A stretch of DNA of 44,379 nucleotides from Escherichia phage PEC9. The stretch lies in sequence record ON548431.1; one strand, given 5' to 3'. Below are positions 26,671 to 34,876 of this stretch, piece after piece. The notes beneath the pieces were generated by a model, which worked only from the letters and a program-made list of their open reading frames with translations, had not been told where the DNA came from and did not search any database. Within the stretch, counting starts at the first letter, position 1; each line of letters opens with the position of its first letter. Both the position numbers and the translations under genes were made by a program.

Positions 26671-28503
26671 ATGGCAGCGGGTACACTATCCGTAACGAAT
26701 AACAGCAAGGCGGTTGTCGGGGTAGGCACGACGTTTACCGCGTTTAAAGCCGGAGACTTCTTATCGCTGGTAGTGGGGCAAGTACCCTACACTGTTGCGA
26801 TCGCGTCCGTAGAAAGCGACACCGCGATTACGCTTGTGCTGCCGTTCGACGGACCCACGGCAACTGGCCTCGCGTGGGATGGCGTTAAGCGCGATACCAT
26901 GTCGCTGGCAACGATGGGCGTAACAGTACAGGCGCAGAAAGCGTTGCGCTTGATGATCGCGGACGAAAACAACTGGCGCGCAATCTTCGGAGACGAGGAA
27001 GAAATCGCGGTAACGCTGCCGAACGGGCAAGTTATGCAGGGTATGTCGTGGGGCTATCTGTCGCAATTGCTGAAGGAAGTTGACCCCGTTGAAATGCGCA
27101 ACCTGCAACAACAAGCCGCGGCATCTGAAGCAGCAGCGCTGGTATCGCGTAATGAGGCCGAAGGCTTCAAGAACGATACCAATACCATCAAGACGCAGAC
27201 CAACCAGATTAAGGCAGATACGCAGGCTATCCGCGACGCCACCAATACCATCAAGACGCAGACCAACAAGATTAAGGCAGATACGCAGGCCATCAAAGAC
27301 CAGACGAACCAGATCAAGACTGACACCGGCGTTATGAGGGACCAGGCCAACGCTGCGAAGACTGACGCGCAAGCTGCCAGCGCAGCCGCGCAGGGATTCC
27401 GCGATCAGGCCGAGGAGTGGGCGCAAAGCGTTAACGCGGATAACCTGCTAACAAAATCCGGCAACCTGGCAGGGCTTGCGGATAAATCGGCGTCGTGGAA
27501 GAACCTTATGCCTGCGGGGCCGCTGCGAATTGGGGCGCACCCCGTTGCGGACCTGGATGCCGCGACCCGGAAATGGACGCTGGAGCGTTTTACCAAAGGC
27601 GTGGCGGAGTCGTCGTGGACTGTCAGGAAAACCGTCACCACCACACCACAGAACGGCACTGTCGTCCGTGGCGGTGAGGTGGAATCGAGATATTCCAACC
27701 CAACATCTACGCAGTTCGCCCGTCTGTACTCAAGCTCTGTATTTGGTTCTTCTAACGCGGCTGTTGTTGAGGCAGAGGGTTCTTCCAGGCACGCTTATAA
27801 ATTCTATGAGGATGGCACAGTTGACTTCCGACAGTCAGGGAAGACCAACCCATTCCGCATGTATACAAATATTGGAACATGGAATGGCATAACGGACGCC
27901 ACGGCATCCAACTTGACAACTAACGGAATGGACAGGGTGGCCATTTCGAGCGGCTCAGATACTCTGGTGCACGGATATTCTATCGGCGGCACCAAACCTA
28001 ATGGATATCCAACAAAGGTTGGATATCACATGTATATTCCAGGCAATAATGCATTTGGTATTGCTTGCATGGTAATCGGTGGGGATAACGGAAAATTTTG
28101 CCGTTACTTTTTTGACATTGATGGTCTAATATATGGTTCGACCGATTACGGGAACTTCAGTTATATGAAAAATGGCACTTCTGACTTACGTGTAAAACAC
28201 GGCATCGCCCATGTTGGAGTTGACAAATCATACTCTAATATTAAAGGGCTGGAATTTGTAGAGTTCATTTATGATAATGACGAACAAAATCGAGTTCGGC
28301 ATGGCGTGATTGCACAGCAAGCAGAGGTTGTTGAGCCTTTATATGTCAAGACGCGCAAATATGTTGGCAATAATCCAGGAGAGATTGTGGAGCAGAAGGA
28401 ACTGGACACTACGCCGATGCTTCTGGATACCATGCATGTTGTGCAGACGTTGATGCAGAAGATCGAGGCTATGGAGGCCGAGATCGCGGCGCTGAAGAAA
28501 TGA
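26671..28503 (+). CDS. Tail fibre with predicted C-terminal intramolecular chaperone domain
   Basis: 611 aa from ATG 26671 (GAGGA RBS); internal repeats TNTIKTQTNQIKADTQAI; C-terminal region ending ...EAMEAEIAALKK resembles autocleaving chaperone domains of phage fibres. Confidence 0.65.
   Translation: MAAGTLSVTNNSKAVVGVGTTFTAFKAGDFLSLVVGQVPYTVAIASVESDTAITLVLPFDGPTATGLAWDGVKRDTMSLATMGVTVQAQKALRLMIADENNWRAIFGDEEEIAVTLPNGQVMQGMSWGYLSQLLKEVDPVEMRNLQQQAAASEAAALVSRNEAEGFKNDTNTIKTQTNQIKADTQAIRDATNTIKTQTNKIKADTQAIKDQTNQIKTDTGVMRDQANAAKTDAQAASAAAQGFRDQAEEWAQSVNADNLLTKSGNLAGLADKSASWKNLMPAGPLRIGAHPVADLDAATRKWTLERFTKGVAESSWTVRKTVTTTPQNGTVVRGGEVESRYSNPTSTQFARLYSSSVFGSSNAAVVEAEGSSRHAYKFYEDGTVDFRQSGKTNPFRMYTNIGTWNGITDATASNLTTNGMDRVAISSGSDTLVHGYSIGGTKPNGYPTKVGYHMYIPGNNAFGIACMVIGGDNGKFCRYFFDIDGLIYGSTDYGNFSYMKNGTSDLRVKHGIAHVGVDKSYSNIKGLEFVEFIYDNDEQNRVRHGVIAQQAEVVEPLYVKTRKYVGNNPGEIVEQKELDTTPMLLDTMHVVQTLMQKIEAMEAEIAALKK
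27178..27303 (+). repeat. 63-bp tandem direct repeat (2 units plus partial third) inside tail fibre gene
   Basis: Unit 27178-27240 and unit 27241-27303 differ at a few positions; partial third unit follows. Confidence 0.7.
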
Positions 28504-28506
28504 ATC

Positions 28507-28532
28507 AGAGGGGCCATTCGGCCCCTCTTTTT
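28507..28532. terminator. Bidirectional terminator between tail fibre and minus-strand block
   Basis: AGAGGGGCC-ATTC-GGCCCCTCT hairpin followed by TTTTT; overlaps stop of minus gene at 28531. Confidence 0.55.
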
Positions 28533-29106
28533 AGTTTGAGTTTTCCCAGTCCATTTTGCGCCGCACAAGCGGGCTTTCGTAATATTCCTTACCTTCCACT
28601 TCCACTAAAGGCCAATCGTTCACGATCACGTATGGCTCTGCTATGTCCTCAATCACACCGTGCGCGCTATGCTGCCCGAACGACACACCGACCAGAATAA
28701 CCCCGGCAACTCGACGTGAAAGATACTCGCGAGCGCAACGGGCCTCAACCAGACCGCGACGGATGCCGCTGGTGGCTTTGACCTCATATGTCCAGACGGC
28801 ATCAATCATATGCTCTTTGTAGTCGGGACCGGATTTTACCTTGCGCTTGCCAACCATGATAATATCGCCGCGGTCGATAGTGTTAGCGCTAAACAGGCCG
28901 GTACGCATTAGCAAACCTTGCGGGATACAGCTACGCCCGCCCGCCTGCCCTTCGAGGTACATGCCCGCAAACATCTCGCCAAGCACACCGACAAGACGGC
29001 TTTGCTTGCACGCGTCAGACTTGTATCGCCACTGGTCAAACTCGATGCTTGCTATCATTGCCGCCAGGTGGAATTGTTTACCGGTTATTTCATATTCGCC
29101 GTACAT
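28531..29106 (-). CDS. Hypothetical protein, possible PD-(D/E)xK-type nuclease
   Basis: 191 aa; GAGGGG RBS; segment GPDYKEHMIDAVWTYEVK gives PD-x13-ExK spacing; weak evidence. Confidence 0.35.
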   Translation of the reverse strand: MYGEYEITGKQFHLAAMIASIEFDQWRYKSDACKQSRLVGVLGEMFAGMYLEGQAGGRSCIPQGLLMRTGLFSANTIDRGDIIMVGKRKVKSGPDYKEHMIDAVWTYEVKATSGIRRGLVEARCAREYLSRRVAGVILVGVSFGQHSAHGVIEDIAEPYVIVNDWPLVEVEGKEYYESPLVRRKMDWENSN

Positions 29107-29148
29107 TGTGAACCCCTCATTGATGCGGGCCGAAGCCCGCTATTAGAA

Positions 29149-29670
29149 TTATTTAAGTGCGCCAGTCACCAGTGTTTTTTCCATGTTACGGAAATCTTCC
29201 TGCGTCATGCAGATTTTCGATCCGTCTTCGCCCGTGAGCACGACCATAGGCTGGACGTCCTGGGCTACAACTCCAAAATTGGCGGCGTTAACCGTCTTGC
29301 CAACAGATGAAGAAGGATGCCACGTCCCCGCGACGTCGATGGGCCAACCTTTGAGGCTATCGTATTGCGCTGCCGTTGTATCGATCTGAATCTCGTCATG
29401 CACGGTCATGTAAGACTCGCCCAGCAGGGCGGCATACGCCACCAGATCCACGATGTTATCTTCCTGGTGTTTACGGTGCTGGCGCACCAGCTTCAGGCAG
29501 ATCAGGAAGGTCCAGGCTTCTTGCTCGGACAGGTCGCGCCCGGTAAGCGCGTTAAACACGGCAGCGATTTGTTTAGCGCTGCGTTCTTCTTTCGCGTTGT
29601 CATAGCCGTTTTCTTTCCCGCGCTGTTCCATAGTGGTGGCGGCGTTTTTGCAGTATTCGTATGCTTTCAC
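29149..29670 (-). CDS. Hypothetical protein (173 aa)
   Basis: GTG start at 29670 with AAGGG upstream, or internal ATG 29631; no motif recognised. Confidence 0.45.
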   Translation of the reverse strand: MKAYEYCKNAATTMEQRGKENGYDNAKEERSAKQIAAVFNALTGRDLSEQEAWTFLICLKLVRQHRKHQEDNIVDLVAYAALLGESYMTVHDEIQIDTTAAQYDSLKGWPIDVAGTWHPSSSVGKTVNAANFGVVAQDVQPMVVLTGEDGSKICMTQEDFRNMEKTLVTGALK

Positions 29671-29724
29671 AGTATTACCCTTTTTAGTGAGGGGGCTGTA
29701 TTGCCCCCGACACGTTTACTATAG

Positions 29725-29747
29725 TGCAACCAATCTATTGGTTGCAA
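29725..29747. promoter_or_regulatory. Perfect palindrome TGCAACCAAT-cta-ATTGGTTGCA
   Basis: Read directly; overlaps the stop codon of the minus-strand HAD gene and lies about 55 bp upstream of the next minus-strand start; adjacent GGGGGC-N6-GCCCCC hairpin at 29691-29708. Confidence 0.55.
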
Positions 29748-30205
29748 GTGAATTTTGCAACGTTTATCGCGTAAATTTTCGGGACCAAATCACCACACGC
29801 CCGACGAATTGCTGCGATGTTCTTCGGGCAGTCTTCAATGATGACCAGTTCCGACACGTCCGCATAACAGACCATTTTGAACACGGCGCACGCCTTAAAC
29901 TCTGGCGGCGGGGTGTCGTCCAGCATGTGGCGCATAAACAACCTGCCTACCGGGAAGACCTCCAATTGCTCGGCGGTGGTTTCCCAGCATTCTCGCTGCC
30001 GGTTGGTCAGATACGCGATCTCGAAGCCTTGCTCTTTATACATGCGCAGTAGCGGCAGCATATCCATGTTCAGGTCTTCGCGGACGTGCGCCTTGTGCCA
30101 CTTCGCCCAAAAGGTGGATTTAGTTTTTACACCCGGCACCAGGTCGGCACGCGCATCGCTTGAACCGTTAATAACGCCATCCAAATCGCAAATCAGTAAT
30201 TTCAT
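29735..30205 (-). CDS. HAD-superfamily hydrolase (nucleotidase/phosphatase-like)
   Basis: 156 aa; N-terminal DxDGV motif (LICDLDGV) typical of HAD phosphatases. Confidence 0.5.
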   Translation of the reverse strand: MKLLICDLDGVINGSSDARADLVPGVKTKSTFWAKWHKAHVREDLNMDMLPLLRMYKEQGFEIAYLTNRQRECWETTAEQLEVFPVGRLFMRHMLDDTPPPEFKACAVFKMVCYADVSELVIIEDCPKNIAAIRRACGDLVPKIYAINVAKFTCNQ

Positions 30206-30426
30206 TTTAAGCTCTCAATAAGGGTGTATCGGGCGCTGCGCGCGGTGAAGGAGTTACACACGAAATGGCAACGCGTGGTTATGACAAGCCAGCCGGTAAG
30301 ATCTAGGCCCAGAATATATTCAGGCCGCGACACGCGACGCACACGATCGCGGCGGGGGTCGATGCAGAAGTCTTTTTGCATTTGGTCTACTACCGCAGGG
30401 TCGCGGTCAACGATTAAGATATTCAA
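30202..30426 (-). CDS. Hypothetical protein (74 aa)
   Basis: TTG start with strong AAGGAG RBS 6 nt upstream; overlaps 3' end of upstream methyltransferase gene in another frame. Confidence 0.35.
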   Translation of the reverse strand: MNILIVDRDPAVVDQMQKDFCIDPRRDRVRRVSRPEYILGLDLTGWLVITTRCHFVCNSFTARSARYTLIESLK

Positions 30427-30892
30427 GGAGTTCTCCTTCGCTCATTATTTCAATTTGTGCGCTGCCGGTGGGCGGCGCTTCGTCAAAGATTATCAATTGC
30501 TGGCACTTGTTATTGCTCGGACCGACTTCACCGGTTACAGCATGTATGAATCGGATCCGCCAGTCCAGAAGAATTATCAGGTTTGCAGTCTTCCGGGCCA
30601 GCTTTGCCCACTTCGTCGACGTGTCCTGATTCAGCAGCATGACGGTCCGGCGTCCGTGCGCTGCACACTCGACCCACGGCAGCGGATCGGAATACGGCGG
30701 GTTGCACCACTTCCACCCTTTCAACTCTGACCAGTCCGCCTCAAGCGCGCTGTGCTCTGCCGTGAAGTAACGCGGTAGCAGGTGGTTGGCATCGCTCGCC
30801 GCCATGTCATAACGGAATCGGTACTTCCGGCGCAGCGGTTTAAATAAAGCTGGCGGCGTGCGCCAGCTATCTTTTTGCTCACTCTTCTGCAT
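30407..30892 (-). CDS. DNA N6-adenine methyltransferase (phage Dam-like)
   Basis: 161 aa; NPPY catalytic motif (WCNPPYSD); compact size typical of phage amino-methyltransferases. Confidence 0.65.
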   Translation of the reverse strand: MQKSEQKDSWRTPPALFKPLRRKYRFRYDMAASDANHLLPRYFTAEHSALEADWSELKGWKWCNPPYSDPLPWVECAAHGRRTVMLLNQDTSTKWAKLARKTANLIILLDWRIRFIHAVTGEVGPSNNKCQQLIIFDEAPPTGSAQIEIMSEGELLEYLNR

Positions 30893-31343
30893 GGTCGGTG
30901 TCTATCGCATACAGGGCGATTTTATCGCCGGTTTTGAGAATGCGTTGCACGCGCTTTGTCCCCTCGACACTAAGCGGACGCGCGTCCGGGTAGAAGCTGC
31001 CATTTGTAGGGTTGCGCCACGCCATAAGCACCAAATCTTTACGGTCAACCTTAGACTGGCGACCCTTCGGTCGCACGTACTCCTCGGCCCGTTTACAGTG
31101 CTCCCGCAACGCCTCAGCCGTGATGCGGTTTAGTGCAACGCTGGTGGTGTATCCGGTGCGCTGCATAATCCCCATCAATTCGAATAGCAGTCCGAAGCGC
31201 TCCGCTAGATCCTGGCGCACTTTCTTCTCTCCTTCATATAGCGCCTGGTTGGTGTCCGCCAACGCGTTCGCACGTTCGGCCTGTTCGCGGGCTTTAAGGC
31301 ATTGCGCAGCCCAGTAATCCTTTTCTTCTTGTAAAATTTTCAT
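30879..31343 (-). CDS. Hypothetical protein (154 aa)
   Basis: Minus-strand ORF in replication block; helical N-terminal half; no motif recognised. Confidence 0.45.
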   Translation of the reverse strand: MKILQEEKDYWAAQCLKAREQAERANALADTNQALYEGEKKVRQDLAERFGLLFELMGIMQRTGYTTSVALNRITAEALREHCKRAEEYVRPKGRQSKVDRKDLVLMAWRNPTNGSFYPDARPLSVEGTKRVQRILKTGDKIALYAIDTDHAEE

Positions 31344-31586
31344 CTATTTAAACTCCGTTGTGCGGATTTCCTTGCGTGGTATAAATTTGCCGTCTTTCTC
31401 GACCCAGCAAGTGCCACCGCGCCACTGGGTGTTACGACCTGTTAGTTCTGCGTAGACAATCCGGCATTCATATTTATCGAGGTTATACGTGCAGGAAATC
31501 GGCAGCAGGAGACAAAAGAATAAGAACAGCACCATACACACCCAAAAACGTAAATCCCCGTCGTCGTCAAAAAAGAATCGTTTCAT
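31344..31586 (-). CDS. Small membrane protein (80 aa)
   Basis: ATG 31586 with GAGGA RBS; one strong hydrophobic helix (FWVCMVLFLFFCLLLPI). Confidence 0.4.
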   Translation of the reverse strand: MKRFFFDDDGDLRFWVCMVLFLFFCLLLPISCTYNLDKYECRIVYAELTGRNTQWRGGTCWVEKDGKFIPRKEIRTTEFK

Positions 31587-31638
31587 GGTTAAATCCTCAT
31601 ATAAAAAAGGGCATCCAAACCGGACACCCTCAATATAA

Positions 31639-31665
31639 TGCAACCAATATGATTATGCAACCAAT
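31639..31665. promoter_or_regulatory. Two direct copies of TGCAACCAAT, 17 bp apart
   Basis: Read at 31639-31648 and 31656-31665, about 55 bp upstream of minus-strand start 31586. Confidence 0.5.
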
Positions 31666-31989
31666 TTACGCATAAAAGTTAGGGTCGCGTGCAACGTCTA
31701 CCAAATACAGATTGCTGATTCGGTTGCCGTAGTGGCCTGGCGTGCGCTGACGGCACACTACGGCATAGCCTGGAGGTATTGTATTGCCAGTCTCAATGAT
31801 CCACGCCACGCGTGCGCCAGACAGCGTCTTGCCGTTGTACTCGATACGAGTACCGCCATCGGCAGTGTTAAGGTTGCCAATCTTGCTACCGGTAGACTTC
31901 AGGCGGATGACGCCCGTTTTACTGTCGTAGGTGAATAGCTGATTGGTCATTGCTACCGAAAAATCGATGGCTTCGAATGTGGTATTCAT
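31666..31989 (-). CDS. Hypothetical protein, weak HNH-endonuclease-like C-terminal pattern
   Basis: 107 aa; segment GHYGNRISNLYLV loosely resembles HNH H-x-D-G-N...N-L motif; not confident. Confidence 0.3.
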   Translation of the reverse strand: MNTTFEAIDFSVAMTNQLFTYDSKTGVIRLKSTGSKIGNLNTADGGTRIEYNGKTLSGARVAWIIETGNTIPPGYAVVCRQRTPGHYGNRISNLYLVDVARDPNFYA

Positions 31990-32696
31990 TCTAAATTTTC
32001 CTCGTTAACTGCGATTGCGAAGCCGCGCGGGGTGCGCGACCTGATTAGTTTGGTGCGGGCCGATTTGCCTCCGAGGCGACTATACTGCTTCGAGTACCCT
32101 TTTTCAACGAAAACAGGTTTCTTCTCTGGCATACGGAAGCCGTTGCCGGTCCATAAGCAGGTCAGCTTCGGATATGAATCGCGGGCGTTGATGTATTCAG
32201 GGAATAACGGGTGTACGTCATCCTCTGGCAAATAGCCTCCATACTCCCACGGGTCAAACGAGTGGTCCGGCTTACGCCATTGAGTGGAGAGCACGCTGCG
32301 CGGATTCTCAATCATATACGGCACTTCGAAGAAATCACCCAGGTAAGCGGCGATCTTCGCGGTGCGCACCGCCTTAAGCTGGAAGGCAGGGTCGCGGGCG
32401 CGTTTGCGCGGGAACGCTGGCGCACCACTAACCGCCAGATCCGTACACGGCGGGAATGCATAGATGATATCCGGCGTGCCGAAATCACCATTCATCGCGC
32501 GGTCCACGAAGTCCAGATCGATAAACTCATTACGATATCGGATACCGCGCCCATAAATCCGGTAGTCCAGGTACGACCCGTGATCGGCTTCGGAGTAGTT
32601 GAAGCAATAACACTTATGCCCCATCTCGGCAGCACGCTCAATCATCAAGCCGCTGCCGTCGAATAATGACCAGATTGTCATTTTAGCAATAGTCAT
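31986..32696 (-). CDS. DNA cytosine-5 methyltransferase-like protein (compact)
   Basis: 236 aa; motif I-like LFDGSG, catalytic PPC (AFPPCTDLAVSGA), ENP resembling the ENV motif; short for a full C5 enzyme. Confidence 0.45.
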   Translation of the reverse strand: MTIAKMTIWSLFDGSGLMIERAAEMGHKCYCFNYSEADHGSYLDYRIYGRGIRYRNEFIDLDFVDRAMNGDFGTPDIIYAFPPCTDLAVSGAPAFPRKRARDPAFQLKAVRTAKIAAYLGDFFEVPYMIENPRSVLSTQWRKPDHSFDPWEYGGYLPEDDVHPLFPEYINARDSYPKLTCLWTGNGFRMPEKKPVFVEKGYSKQYSRLGGKSARTKLIRSRTPRGFAIAVNEENLE

Positions 32697-34117
32697 TTGC
32701 GCGCCTTTTTAGCTTTCATATATTCCATCAGGTCGTCCTGAATATCTCGCTTACTGTCTCGACGCTCTGCGACTAGTTCATCCAGTGTGCCGCGCGCCTG
32801 GATAATGTAGACGAATACCGGACGAGGGTGTCCGGCTTGCATCTGGCGAACTGGCCCGATACGCTCCACGATCTGCGCAAAGTGCTCATAGTTCCAGGTA
32901 TCTGAGAAGATAGCAAGGTGGTGCCCGCCATCCTGCAAGTTAAGGCCGTGACCCGCCGATGCCGGGTGCGCGAACATGATGGGGATCTCGCCCCTGTTCC
33001 ACGCTTCCATATCCTTATTGCCTTGCTTACCCTTACCCATCGCTACGCCGTGAGGGAATTTCTTCTTAAGACGTGCCAAGTCATGCTTGTACTGGTATGC
33101 TACGAGCAACGGTGCGCCGTTCAACTCTTCCACGATACTTTCCAGCGCGTCCAGTTTAGCGTCGTGAATTTTCACCCATTCGTCGGTGCGCTCGCCGTCT
33201 TCGTCGACCTTATACACGGCCCCGGAAGCAAGCTGAAGGCACTTAATGGTCTTCGAAGCAGCGTTCGCCGCCTCCACCGTTCCGCTTTCCAGTTCGGCAA
33301 ATAGCTCCGCTTCGAACTGGTCATAAATCTTGCGGGCTTTCTTCGGCAGGTCCACAACAACCGGCGTATAGATTGGCTTGTCACATCCGAAGTATTCAGC
33401 CGCGTCAACGGTAAGGGATACGTCAGACAGGCGTTGTTGGATCTCCTTCTCGGAGTTCTTTAGCGGGGCGTGCTGCATAGTGAAGCTGCCAGGCTTAACA
33501 GGCTTGCTAATAAACCAGCGATCCGTAAATGCCTTATAGCTACTGCCGAGGCGTTCGCCACCATCGACAAACCATGTCTGCCCCCATAGGTCTTTCAGCC
33601 CGTTCGGTGCGGGTGTGCCGGTCAGGTTAATCCAGCGCTTGACGTGCTTATGTGCGATCGCTGCCAGCGCACGGGCGCGCTTGCTCCCCTGCTTGCTACG
33701 ATAGCCTTTCAGCTTAGTCGATTCATCGGCAACAACGACCGTAAAGGGCCACGCATCGCCGTAATAGTCGACCAGCCACTCAACCACATCGTAGTTAACA
33801 CAAACCACGTTAGCGTCGCTCTCAAGCGCCGCAATACGGTCCTTCTCCGGCCCGGTGCCGTCTACGACCAGCAGGGATGAGAATCGCCATTTCTCCTGTT
33901 CCGGGGGCCAGGTGCCGGACGCAACGCGCAGCGGGGCCAGCACCAGTACGCGGTCCTCCTGGCTGGACAGGATACCAGTCTGGAACATTTTATTCAGCGC
34001 CCACATAGTCGCGCCGGTTTTACCCGACCCCATTGTCGCCCATATATTGCATCGCTTATGTTTTAGGATGAACGCGGTTATCAACTTCTGATATTCGCGA
34101 CGTCGGAATCGTGCCAT
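32693..34117 (-). CDS. Superfamily 2 helicase (SNF2/DEAD-like)
   Basis: 474 aa from ATG 34117 (ORF track start is upstream); Walker A GSGKTG, DExx-like VVADES box, further helicase-like segments. Confidence 0.75.
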   Translation of the reverse strand: MARFRRREYQKLITAFILKHKRCNIWATMGSGKTGATMWALNKMFQTGILSSQEDRVLVLAPLRVASGTWPPEQEKWRFSSLLVVDGTGPEKDRIAALESDANVVCVNYDVVEWLVDYYGDAWPFTVVVADESTKLKGYRSKQGSKRARALAAIAHKHVKRWINLTGTPAPNGLKDLWGQTWFVDGGERLGSSYKAFTDRWFISKPVKPGSFTMQHAPLKNSEKEIQQRLSDVSLTVDAAEYFGCDKPIYTPVVVDLPKKARKIYDQFEAELFAELESGTVEAANAASKTIKCLQLASGAVYKVDEDGERTDEWVKIHDAKLDALESIVEELNGAPLLVAYQYKHDLARLKKKFPHGVAMGKGKQGNKDMEAWNRGEIPIMFAHPASAGHGLNLQDGGHHLAIFSDTWNYEHFAQIVERIGPVRQMQAGHPRPVFVYIIQARGTLDELVAERRDSKRDIQDDLMEYMKAKKARK

Positions 34118-34121
34118 ATCT

Positions 34122-34346
34122 TTATTCCGCCTTTTTCCAGACTTCGGTTTCACTGTTCCAATTCCTCTTAGTGGCGTAATAGTATGGGTCGTGCTCAAGG
34201 TGCACACCGGTAGCGCGGAAGCTCTGGAACTTTTGCCAGCACACGGTCAGCGGCAGCGGTTTAGCCATTCCTGAAGTAAACCATACGCGATCGCCCGGTT
34301 TACATTCGCCCAGCTTGGTGAGTCGGTAATGTTCTTTCATCGTCAT
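34122..34346 (-). CDS. Hypothetical protein (74 aa)
   Basis: ATG 34346 with GGAGAT RBS; the longer 143-aa ORF upstream overlaps another ORF and is less likely. Confidence 0.35.
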   Translation of the reverse strand: MTMKEHYRLTKLGECKPGDRVWFTSGMAKPLPLTVCWQKFQSFRATGVHLEHDPYYYATKRNWNSETEVWKKAE

Positions 34347-34383
34347 ATCTCCCAAAAATGGCGGGACAAGCCCGCCATATTGA

Positions 34384-34557
34384 TTATTCTTGTTCTGCAC
34401 GATAGCGGCGCTGCCGTTCGCGCTCTTTCTTATTGCGGCAAGACTTGCACTCGGCCCGATGACCGTCTGGACTTCGCGCAGTCTTGCCGGTGTACTTGTG
34501 GAACTGGGATAGCGGCTTGATGCATCCGCAATTACTACAACGTTTTTCTTCAATCAT
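34384..34557 (-). CDS. Small zinc-ribbon-like protein (57 aa)
   Basis: ATG 34557 with GAGGA RBS; CSNCGC ... ECKSC cysteine pairs; basic C-terminus. Confidence 0.35.
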   Translation of the reverse strand: MIEEKRCSNCGCIKPLSQFHKYTGKTARSPDGHRAECKSCRNKKERERQRRYRAEQE

Positions 34558-34597
34558 TTCTAAAATCCTCGATAGTGCCAACCTGCACACTATACCG

Positions 34598-34876
34598 CTA
34601 CGCGACCAATTCAGCAACCAATAAATCGCAGTCGGATATGTTGTCGATAACGCGAACGTCAGCACCGCGGCGGGCCATTCGCTCATGTTCACGTACCTGG
34701 TGCGGCTTCGGTTTTCCTCCGGGGCGCTTCACTTCGACGAACACTATTTTGCCGTTGATGATAATAATCAGGTCGGGCGCACCTGCGCGCCCCTCCCATG
34801 CCAGTTTTCGGCAGAATCCGCCAACATCTTTCACCCGTCTCATCAGGTGACTTTGTATCTTGCCCTCTGGTGTCAT
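34598..34876 (-). CDS. VRR-NUC-type nuclease
   Basis: 92 aa from ATG 34876; segment GAPDLIIIINGKIVFVEVKRPGGKP matches the PD...E-x-K core of VRR-NUC domains; directly downstream of polymerase. Confidence 0.55.
   Translation of the reverse strand: MTPEGKIQSHLMRRVKDVGGFCRKLAWEGRAGAPDLIIIINGKIVFVEVKRPGGKPKPHQVREHERMARRGADVRVIDNISDCDLLVAELVA
34614..34622. promoter_or_regulatory. Motif core GCAACCAAT
   Basis: 9-mer at 34614-34622, about 60 bp upstream of minus-strand start 34557. Confidence 0.35.

Noticed and set aside
26761-27426. 221-aa minus-strand ORF inside the tail fibre gene
   Set aside because: Antisense shadow ORF spanning the tandem-repeat region.
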